Assembly (NCBI RefSeq): GCF_037042905.1
Contig: NC_087251.1
Span: 29,390,001 to 29,454,000 of the forward strand
From: Lytechinus pictus
Lineage: Eukaryota
Direction of reading: 5' to 3'
DNA: 64,000 nt
How positions within the stretch are numbered: the first letter of the stretch is position 1; every line of letters starts with the position of its first letter. Positions 50,088 to 60,566 of the stretch are shown here, one piece after another. The notes under the pieces are model-generated. The model made no database searches, was not told where the DNA came from, and saw nothing but the letters and a program-made list of their open reading frames with translations. The position numbers were made by a program, and so were the translations under genes.

Positions 50088-50120
50088 TTTCGCGCTCCAT
50101 ATCTGAATTCTGCGCGCGCA
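50088..50120. promoter_or_regulatory. E2F-type site(s) in the Claspin proximal promoter
   Basis: TTTCGCGC at 50088-50095 (E2F consensus TTTSSCGC) plus GCGCGCGCAA ~20 bp further, ~145 bp upstream of the inferred Claspin ATG. Claspin is an established E2F target in vertebrates. Confidence 0.6.
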
Positions 50121-51058
50121 ATATTTACGGTAGTCTTGATTCAATTACGGTATGACAGTGTGACGTGGATGAGTATTATATTACTCAAGCAAAAACAAAA
50201 AACCCCAAAACGGGCAAAAAAAAACTTGAAATGAAATATTACCGGTATTTATTGTAATAAAAAAAATTGCCTTATTTTATTTCTTACCTAAATGATTTGT
50301 ATATTTGGGTTGTTTCATCTATCAAAATTAAAAAGAATTGAATCATTACGAACGTTACGCTAATCTCGACCATAAAAGTCTGAATGAACAGTCAGTCCGC
50401 AAGCCCTGAAAAAGTGGTAGGCACTTATGATCCAAGTTTGAAAGGAGACTCGTAAAATGACGTCAGTCTCGCCGATGAATATTCATTAGATCGTGGTCGT
50501 GCGTGTTCAATACACACTGCGTGCAGGCATGCAGATAGTTATATGCGAGGAACTTTGGCTCCAGAGACAAGTTGTCAAATAACGTGTGTGTGTGTGCGTG
50601 TGTGTACCATCGGCTGGTAGTATGCCATGCTGTCTAAGACTTCAAACGCGTCGGAGAGAGTGCATGGCAATTCGGTAAAACGAAGTTTCCGATACAAAGA
50701 GATAATAAAATAACACTATGTACAGTACGCCCGGGGGTGCCACTTACATTGACGAGTGGATACCATGCGCGACCAAAAAAAACACGTAAAAAGGATGTCT
50801 TTTTCAAGAGAGGGCACGTTACGTACGTAACGTGATAAGGGTGTCAAAAACACAAAAATATTGAAAAAAGGGTATCTATTTCCAGTATACGTTGAGAGGC
50901 AAATGTCAGATCAGGGGAGGCAGGAGTACAATCAGGTTTTTTTTAAGGGAAGAATAGTGTAGAATAAAAGGTATTATATATACCCAAATGATCTAGGTGA
51001 GGGAAGTGAACAATGATGTTTTTTTAAAAAAAGAATGAATATACCTTACCTGAATATA

Positions 51059-54000
51059 TATTATGGTGAAGCCAATTTAAAAGGAGGTGAGACAAGTTTC
51101 AATGGAGGTTTTTAAAAAGAATAAACTGTATTATGGTGAAGCCAGTTTAAAAGGAGGTGAGGCAAGTTTTAATGGAGGTTTTTAAAAAGAATAAACTGTA
51201 TTATGGTGAAGCCAATTTAAAAGGAGGTGAGGCAAGTTTCAATGGAGGTTTTTAAAAAGAATAAACTGTACTACAAATTATGGTGAAGCCAATTTAAAAG
51301 GAGGTGAGGCAAGTTTCAATTGAGGTTTTTAAAAAGAATAAACTGTACTACAAATTTAAAAGGAGGCGAGCTAGCAACGTTTCAATGGAGGTTTTTAAAA
51401 AAGAATAAACTGTACTACAATTATGGTGAAGCCAATTCAAAAGGAGGTGAGGCAAGTTTCAATGGAGGTTTTAAAAAAGAATAAACTGTACTACAAATTA
51501 TGCATGAAGCCAATTTAAAAGGAGGTGAGGCAAGTTTCAATGGAGGTTTTTAAAAAAGAATAAACTGTACTACAAATTATGGTGAAGCCAATTCAAAAGG
51601 AGGTGAGGCTAGTTTCAATGGAGGTTTAAAAAAATATACTGTATTATGGTGAAGCCAATTTAAAAGGAGGTGAGGCAATTAGTTTCAATTGAGGTTTTTT
51701 AAAAGAATAAACGTACTGTACTACAAATTTGAAAGGAGGTGAGGCAAGTTTCAATGGAGGTTTTTAAAAAGAATAAACTGTATTACAAGTTATGGTGAAG
51801 CCAATTTAAAAGGAGGTGAGGCAAGCCTCAATGGAGGTTTTTGAAAAGAATAAACTGTATTACAAGTTATGGTGAAGCCAATTTAAAAGGAGGTGAGACA
51901 AGTTTCAATGGAGGTTTTAAAAAAGAATAAACTGTATTATGGTGAAGCCAATTTAAAAGGAGGTGAGGCAAGTTTCAATTGAGGTTTTTAAAAAGAATAA
52001 ACTGTATTATGGTGAAGCCAGTTTAAAAGGAGGTGAGGCAAGTTTTAATGGAGGTTTTTAAAAAGAATAAACTGTATTATGGTGAAGCCAGTTTAAAAGG
52101 AGGTGAGGCAAGTTTCAATGGAGGTTTTTAAAAAGAATAAACTGTATTATGGTGAAGCCAGTTTAAAAGGAGGTGAGGCAAGTTTCAATGGAGGTTTTTT
52201 AAAAGAATAAACTGTACTACAAATTTAAAAGGAGGCGACGCAAGTTTCAATAGAGGTTTTTAAAAAGAATAAACTGTACTACAAATTATGGTGAAGCCAA
52301 TTTAAAAGGAGGTGAGGCAAGTTTTAATGGAGGTTTTAAAAAAAGAATAAACTGTACTACAAATTATGCATAAAGCCAATTTAAAAGGAGGTGAGGCTAG
52401 TTTCAATGGAGGTTTAAAAAAATATACTGTATTATGGTGAAGCCAATTTAAAAGGAGGTGAGGCAAGTTTCAATTGAGGTTTTTTAAAAGAATAAACTGT
52501 ACTACAAATTTGAAAGGAGGTGAGGCAAGTTTCAATGGAGGTTTTTAAAAAGAATAAACTGTATTACAAGTTATGGTGAAGCCAATTTAAAAGAAGTGAG
52601 GCAAGCCTCAATGGAGGTTTTTGAAAAGAATAAACTGTATTACAAGTTATGGTGAAGCCAATTTAAAAGGAGGTGAGACAAGTTTCAATGGAGGTTTTAA
52701 AAAAGAATAAACTGTATTATGGTGAAGCCAATTTAAAAGGAGGTGAGGCAAGTTTCAATTGAGGTTTTTAAAAAGAATAAACTGTATTATGGTGAAGCCA
52801 GTTTAAAAGGAGGTGAGGCAAGTTTTAATGGAGGTTTTTAAAAAGAATAAACTGTATTATGGTGAAGCCAGTTTAAAAGCTAGAGGTGAGGCAAGTTTCA
52901 ATGGAGGTTTTTTTAAAGAATAAACTGTACTACAAATTTAAAAGGAGGCGACGCAAGTTTCAATAGAGGTTTTTAAAAAGAATAAACTGTACTACAAATT
53001 ATGGTGAAGCCAATTTAAAAGGAGGTGAGGCAAGTTTTAATGGAGGTTTTTAAAAAGAACAAGTGGAATGCCTCTGGCCGTCTCACCTGCATCACGCGAT
53101 TCAATATAGCAGCAGTGCTGATTTTGAAAACTACTATAACTCGCACAAGATGTTCAGTGATACTTGGTTACTCTTATTTCCACGTTTTATGAACTAGACC
53201 AATACACTTATAGAGATATGATGGCAATTCAACAAATACCCCCAACGTGGCCAAAGTTCTTTGACCTTACATGACCTTTGACCTTGATCAAGTGACCTGA
53301 AACTCGCACAGGATGTTCAGTGATACTTGATTACTATTATGTCCAAGTTTTATGAACTAGACCAACACACTTTCAAATTTATGGCTGTAATTCAACAAAT
53401 ACCCCAATTTGGCCAAAGTTCATTGACCCTAAATGACCTTTGACCTTGATCATGTGACCTGAAACTTGCACAGGATGTTCAGTAATACTTGATTACTATT
53501 ATGTCCAAGTTTCATGAATCAGATCCATAAACTTTCAAAGTTATGATGGTAATTCAACAGATACCCCCAATTCGGCCAAAGTTCATTGACCCTAAATGAC
53601 CTTTGACCTTGGTCATGTGACGTGAAACTCATGCAGGATGTTCAGTGATACTTGATTAACCTTATGTATAAGTTTCATGAACTAGGTCCATATATTTTCT
53701 AAGTTATGATGACATTTCAAAAACTTAACCTTAGGTTAAGATTTTGATGTTGATTCCCCCAACATGGTCTAAGTTCATTGACCCTAAATGACCTTTGACC
53801 TTGGTCATGTGACATGAAACTCAGGCAGGATGTTCAGTAATACTTGACTAACCTTATGGCCGAGTTTCATGAACTAGGTCCATACACTTTCTAAGTTATG
53901 CTGTCATTTCAAAAACTTAACCTCAGGTTAAGATTTGGTGTTGACGCCGCCGCCGCCGCCGCCGTCGCCGCCGCCGTCGCCGTCGGAAAAGCGGCGCCTA

Positions 54001-54652
54001 TAGTCTCACTCTGCTATGCAGGTGAGACAATAAACTGTACTAAGAATTATGGTGAAGCCAATTTAAAAGGAAGTGAGGCAAGTTTCAATGGAGGTTTTTA
54101 AAAAGAATAAACTGTATTATGGTGAAGCCAATTTAAAAGGAGGTGAGACAAGTTTCAATGGAGGTTTTAAAAAAGAATAAACTGTATTATGGTGAAGCCA
54201 ATTTAAAAGGAGGTGAGGCAAGTTTCAATGGAGGTTTTAAAAAATAAACTGTATTATGGTGAAGCCAATTTAAAAGGAGGTGAGGCAAGTTTCAATTGAG
54301 GTTTTTTAAAAGAATAAACTGTACTACAAATTTGAAAGGAGGTGAGGCAAGTTTCAATGGACGTTTTTAAAAAGAATAAACTGTACTACAAATTTAAAAG
54401 GAGGCGAGGCAAGTTTCAATGGAGGTTTTTAAAAAATAATAAACTGTACTACAAATTATGGTGAAGCCAATTTAAAAGGAGGTGAGGCAAGTTTCAATTG
54501 AGGTTTTTAAAAAGAATAAACTGTATTATGGTGAAGCCAGTTTAAAAGGAGGTGAGGCAAGTTTTAATGGAGGTTTTTAAAAAGAATAAACTGTATTATG
54601 GTGAAGCCAGTTTAAAAGGAGGTGAGGCAAGTTTCAATGGAGGTTTTTTTAA
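51059..54652 (+). repeat. Tandem array of a ~70-bp unit (variants ~61-78 bp), left arm, roughly 35-40 copies
   Basis: Unit TTATGGTGAAGCCAATTTAAAAGGAGGTGAGGCAAGTTTCAATGGAGGTTTTTAAAAAGAATAAACTGTA (starts 51061, 51131, 51201...), interrupted at 53059-54029. Confidence 0.95.
53059..54029 (-). mobile_element. Helentron/DINE-like element inserted in the left satellite array
   Basis: Splits a unit at AAAAAGAA|TAAACTG with no TSD; subterminal IR GTCTCACCTGCAT (53080-53092) / ATGCAGGTGAGAC (54016-54028); terminal hairpin GTCTCAC..GTGAGAC; (GCC)n tract; ~160-190-bp internal repeats with TGACCTTTGACC. Confidence 0.8.
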
Positions 54653-55326
54653 ATTACCTCTTGTGTGAGTGAAGATTTTTAGTCAAATTTCTATTGTCAG
54701 CAAGGTCATGTTAAAAATGTAAATATATAATATATTCTTGGTCTAGCAAAGGCAGTGCCATAAATTCTGACTGCATGTAGTTGAGAATCCATCTAGTTAG
54801 TCATAAAACATCAACGGCTAATTGTATCCATTCAACTAATTAGGGTTTCTTATTCCTACGATACTTGCTAATGTTAAATCATGGAGAATCACCTGTGTAA
54901 ATAATGATACATTGTTTGTTAGCATTAATCGGCATTGAGGCTGATAAATTTCTTTGATAACTATTTGATGCAAGATTATATGACCTTTGTGTTTTATTCA
55001 GTATTTTTAGACTGTCTCATATCATTTTGAACATAATTTGCGACCATTTTTGCTGCCCACTCAACAGTCTTTGTAGATGTTTGTGCAAAAACTTGATTAG
55101 AATGCATGCCGTTATCACACAGTACTTGCTAACTTTTATTATCTTTTATCATGATCCTAGGCCTGCCAGTACTGAAAATAAACGTATTTTAAACTGTATT
55201 ATAGCGTATATTTTTATTTACTCAAGCTGCAGTTGCTTTCCATGATCATGAATTGGTTTTATAATACTTGCTGTTAACTAATATAATTGTCACTTGTTTT
55301 TTCTAACAGCGAGAATATATTGCTAT

Positions 55327-55770
55327 ATGTGTCCAGCCACCCCAATACCAACAATAAATACATTGATTTAAAGATTCTCATTGATCTTGAGCGATCACAT
55401 CCTAAGCTGTAAAATGATTTATCTTGTTAATATTGATCAATAATATCCCTCGCTAGTACTTCATTGAATGCAGAAGAAGTTTGGTGAGAGCTTCAACAAA
55501 TAAGAGAACAAGATTTGGGGTTCACTTAAGCATGCGATGTGTAATATGTAGTTCAACTACTTAGCAGTGAGCAAAACACGGATATCAAAGTCTTGTATTT
55601 TGTCTTCAACTTTTACAACCTCACATTTTGACAGTATGAAGAAATTTCTTTTTTTTTTCGGATAAACCAATATTCTAAATATGCGTTTGGAAAACTGAAT
55701 TACTATTTTGTTTATTTTCTACGAACCTTCCCTGGCAACTTATTGTTGATATTTGGGTGGCTGGCCACAT
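55327..55770. mobile_element. Old MITE in the spacer of the giant inverted repeat
   Basis: ATGTGTCCAGCCACCCCAATACCAACAATAA ... TTATTGTTGATATTTGGGTGGCTGGCCACAT. Confidence 0.55.
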
Positions 55771-56649
55771 TTGTTTTGAGAAAAAATATCAAAGAGTATA
55801 TGAAAAAAAGATTTATGTAAAAAAGCTTGCCTAGCTGTTGGTATTTTCTTCTATTGTACTTTGTCATGTAACTCTGGTAGATTTCATTTCGTTACACAAA
55901 ATGGGGTTCAGTATTCAGAAAAACCATTAACCTTGCCTCAACCACAACAGTACTTGCCAAACTGAATAAATCAACATTATATCAAGCTGTGTAGAAGAAC
56001 TTAATGATCATGTAGATACCATTAAGTGCATACATATATAATGTCTTTCAAGCTGTATGACAAAAATATTCTTTTCCATCCAACATCAGCTTCTACTATT
56101 TTTTAAGGTTAGTTTTTATTGTCATGTTGGCAAATTGTGAAATAGTTCATGTTGAAATATGTTGTATTACCTGTCATGCATTTGTAATGTTATTTTTTTA
56201 GAATATATTCTGTCATCATTTTCAGTACATAAAAGTTTATTCAATGTATGCCTTTACCAAAGTTGGCCATAAGCACAGTGGGTACCAACTATCACTGAAG
56301 ACAACACAACAATTACTCAAAATATATGCATAGCCTTATGAATGTACAAGTCAATAAAATCTACTATGACTACATAGCTTTTTTTTGTGCAACACAGTCA
56401 TATTTCATTTGGATCAATTCAAAATTGAGTGGTGTTTTGGGGGTAATGCTATGGTAACTGCAGTTCTGTTGTCCTCTGACAGTTGGTGTTGTAAGGATGT
56501 GATTGGCAGTGTGTGGACGTCATGTTATAAGAGAAAAAAGAAAGTTAAAGTGAGAGTGTTGGCTTTGAAATGGACTCAACCTATGAAAGTTAAAGTTTGT
56601 GCTGCAGAAACTGGTGTGGTAGTGGGATGATAATGATGATGAGGAACAG

Positions 56650-57032
56650 GGCCGGTATTCAATGCTACTCTTAAAGCCACAATTTCAAGTATATTTTACT
56701 CAGTATTTTGCAAAAGTAAAATACTTATCCATCTTTGGTATTCAATTGCATTTTTTTTTGGCTAAATATTTTGCTTAAATGTAAGTCAGCCATCTACTAG
56801 ACTTAAGTCTACATATACAAAAATGATACGCACAGAAATACATTCACACATTTGGCACTATTTGGCTCAAAATTTATAACATCACAATGGGTATTTAATA
56901 GTATTTAGTTCAATTTGGATAAGGTAAATTCTGAGATCTGATCTGCATACAAGTTTAAGCATTTTGATAAGCCAGCCAAATTGCTAAGTAAAATACTTAC
57001 AAAATCAAAACTTAGAATTTAATAGGCGGCCG
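56650..57032. mobile_element. MITE in the spacer, related to ~16255-16490 in SLC38 intron 7
   Basis: GGCCGGTATTCAAT ... TTTAATAGGCGGCC ends; shared TTTTACTCAGTATTTTGC..AAGTAAAATACTT and GTTTAAGCATTTTG. Confidence 0.6.
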
Positions 57033-57754
57033 AGGTATTATTTTCTTCCAGAGGACATGTACAGATTTCTTGTTGACAAAGGATGACATGATGATTATTT
57101 TGCAAATATGGCTTATTAAAAAATATATTATGTATATTCCATTTCAGTGACAATTGCATTTTTGGGGAGGGGATATTACGTATTTGGGAATGGAAAAGTT
57201 CAAAATTAATGCAAACTTAACCTATTTACGCAGGGGGGGGGGCTCTGAGCTCTGCGATTTAAAAAAAAAAGTCTTTTGCATGTTTTGAGACCAGTTTTGC
57301 GAAGCCCGGGTACTGGGTTCTGAAAATTACCAAACAATTTGTAAGTGCATATCAGACAAAAATGGCTCAAAATTGTGATATTTGTGTACCACGTCAATGG
57401 AATATGCGTTTTCAACCAAAATTCATGAATGCCTAATTGTTTTTAGTTTTGTTGAACTAAACTGATTTATTTCATGCTGTTACGAGAGTCTGAGCATCGT
57501 TGAAAAAAAACAATGCAATACAAAGGTAAAAACACAAGAAATACATTATCGAAGAACACCACAAAGAGTTTCTAAACCAAAAATTAGAACATTTGGAGCT
57601 TTATTTAGGGAGTTAGAGGAATAGGTATAGTATACTAATTATGCACAAATGAGCATAATCAATTAATAGCAATTTGCATGAAATAAATAACTACACAATT
57701 TTGTGGATTATTAAAAGCAATTGCGATCTTTTTCTTCACTATTCATTGTTTTAG

Positions 57755-58885
57755 AAACCTCATTGTAGACTTGCCTCATGCACCTCTCAAGATGGCTTCA
57801 TCATTTGAATTATATTCTACACTTATCATTCTTTAAAAAAAATCATTGTAGACATGCCTCACCTCCTCTCAAATTGCCTTTACCATAATTTGTAATACAG
57901 TTTATTCTTTTTAAAAACCTCTATTGAAACTTGCGTCGCCTCCTTTTAAATTTGTAGTACAGTTTATTCTTTTTTAAAAACCTCCATTGAAACTTGCCTC
58001 ACCTCCTTTTAAACTGGCTTCACCATAATTTGTAGTACAGTTTATTCTTTTTAAAAACCTCTATTGAAACTTGCGTCGCCTCCTTTTAAATTTGTAGTAC
58101 AGTTTATTCTTTTTTAAAAACCTCCATTGAAACTTGCCTCACCTCCTTTTAAACTGGCTTCACCATAATTTGTAGTACAGTTTATTCTTTTTAAAAACCT
58201 CCATTGAAACTTGCCTCACCTCCTTTCAAATTTGTAGTACAGTTTATTCTTTTAAAAAACCTCAATTGAAACTTGCCTCACCTCCTTTTAAATTGGCTTC
58301 ACCATAATACAGTTTATTTTTTAAACCTCCATTGAAACTAGCCTCACCTCCTTTTGAATTGGCTTGTACGTAGTACAGTTTATTCTTTTTTAAAAACCTC
58401 CATTGAAACTTGCCTCACCTCCTTTTAAATTGGCTTCACCATAATTTGTAGTACAGTTTATTCTTTTTTTAAAACCTCCATTGAAACTTTCCTCACCTCC
58501 TTTTGAATTGGCTTCACCATAATTTGTAGTACAGTTTATTCTTTTTTAAAAACCTCCATTGAAACTTGCCTCGCCTCCTTTTAAATTTGTAGTCCAGTTT
58601 ATTCTTTTTAAAAACCTCAATTGAAACTTGCCTCACCTCCTTTTAAATTGGCTTCACCATAATTTGTAGTACAGTTTATTCTTTTTAAAAACCTCCATTG
58701 AAACTTGCCTCACCTCCTTTTAAATTGGCTTCACCATAATACAGTTTATTCTTTTTAAAAACCTCCATTAAAACTTGCCTCACCTCCTTTTAAATTGGCT
58801 TCACCATAATACAGTTTATTCTTTTTTAAATTGAACCTCCATTGAAACTTGTCTCACCTCCTTTTAAATTGGCTTCACCATAATA
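57755..58885 (-). repeat. Tandem array of the same ~70-bp unit, right arm, reverse orientation, ~15 copies
   Basis: Repeats of ACAGTTTATTCTTTTTAAAAACCTCCATTGAAACTTGCCTCACCTCCTTTTAAATTGGCTTCACCATAAT; degenerate units at 57755-57890. Confidence 0.95.
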
Positions 58886-60566
58886 TTCAGGTAAGGTATA
58901 TTCATTCTTTTTTTAAAAAACATCATTGTTCACTTCCCTCACCTAGATCATTTGGGTATATATAATACCTTTTATTCTACACTATTCTTCCCTTAAAAAA
59001 AACCTGATTGTACTCCTGCCTCCCCTGATCTGACATTTGCCTCTCAACGTACTGGAAATAGATACCCTTTTTTCAATATTTTTGTGTTTTTGACACCCTT
59101 ATCACGTTACGTACGTAACGTGCCCTCTCTTGAAAAAGACATCCTTTTTACGTGTTTTTTTGGTCGCGCATGGTATCCACTCGTCAATGTAAGTGGCACC
59201 CCCGGGCGTACTGTACATAGTGTTATTTTATTATCTCTTTGTATCGGAAACTTCGTTTTACCGAATTGCCATGCACTCTCTCCGACGCGTTTGAAGTCTT
59301 AGACAGCATGGCATACTACCAGCCGATGGTACACACACGCACACACACACACGTTATTTGACAACTTGTCTCTGGAGCCAAAGTTCCTCGCATATAACTA
59401 TCTGCATGCCTGCACGCAGTGTGTATTGAACACGCACGACCACGATCTAATGAATATTCATCGGCGAGACTGACGTCATTTTACGAGTCTCCTTTCAAAC
59501 TTGGATCATAAGTGCCTACCCAAAATAGCTTCTTTTATCCAAGTGATATTCACGACTAGAGAGGTTTTTGCATAGTTAATGAGCTTGGTGCGAACCAAAA
59601 CACCTCTTTTTATTCGGCCATTGCTGCTCTAAATATTGACCAAATGTCATGTTTTTGGTATCTTTGTAAAGAAGAAGAATCATTCTTTTAGGTCATGTGT
59701 TTGGATTTAAAAAAAAATGTTGTAATATAGGAAAAACTTTTGATCTAAAACATGAAACAAAATATTTTTTTTCATGCAACAAAAGTTGCTATTTTCACAC
59801 TTAATTTCTGTTTAGGCACAAATGATTTTTAGATCATGATAAAGCTGAAGATCTAAGCTTTAATATGATATAATTTTTATAAGAAGATGTATTTTAGATG
59901 GGTCAGCAGCCAGCTTTTAATAGGCCAAGTACAATTTGCAGCTCAAAAACAAGAATACTGCGCTCTGATTGGTCATATAGAGACCACACACCCACGCAAA
60001 TTCCAATGTTCCCCTCACTGGGCCTCTGCAAGGTCACACTCACCATGTGTTAATCTCTTCAAATTACCCGCGCCTGTTTGTTTTGAAAACAGTATTCAGC
60101 CAATTAGAACTCTGGATTTTATGTTACTCAGAAATTTCAGAAATCTCGTCTTGCATCTTGATGGAAAAAGCTTGCTGCTGACCCATCTAAAAGATGCCAC
60201 ATATATCAAGAGTGACATTGTAAGAAAGTATAGAGTTTGAGCTTTCTGATGATATAAATAATGTTGGTGCCTAAAACACAAAATGTTGCACAATTTGCAA
60301 GTGAAATCAGAGGAAGAAAATTTTGTTTGATGCATCTTTTCAGGTAAAAAATTCACTTATTTATCAAAATATTTCATTCAAAAGAAATGACCAATATAAA
60401 AGAGTAACATTTACTATTGCCCACATGGTACAAAAATAATCAATATTACTCAAGGAGAAAGTGGTTAAATTCTTTGAGAAAGAAAGTCTCACAATTCACG
60501 AGATTTTGCAGGGACATGAATTCAGCCACGAGAGGACTTGGATAAATCTTGCTCATTTGCTCATTA

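Larger units (their letters stand above)
50416..59520. mobile_element. Foldback-like giant inverted-repeat element (~9.1 kb)
   Basis: 50416-~51060 is the near-exact reverse complement of ~58880-59520 (GGTAGGCACTTATGATCC ... GGATCATAAGTGCCTACC), continued inward by opposite-orientation 70-bp arrays; spacer ~54653-57755 has no recognisable ORF. Confidence 0.8.

Noticed and set aside
51059..54652. Each 70-bp unit has a Shine-Dalgarno-like AAGGAGGTGA followed by an ATG opening a ~27-aa ORF (MEVFKKNKLYYGEANLKGGEASFNGGF)
   Set aside because: The context is a eukaryotic spliced-gene region, homopolymer indels between units shift the frame freely, and there are no bacterial genes nearby; most likely coincidence.
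56385..56630. 81-aa ORF in the spacer as a transposase or zinc finger
   Set aside because: Non-ATG start and no convincing motif spacing; cannot be supported without a profile search.
51059..58885. CRISPR-like array
   Set aside because: Units are contiguous tandem copies with no unique spacers, and no cas genes are present.
50416..59520. Assembly foldback artefact
   Set aside because: The arms differ by small indels, array lengths and units differ, the spacer is unique, and the host element continues colinearly across both junctions. Long reads are still needed for certainty.
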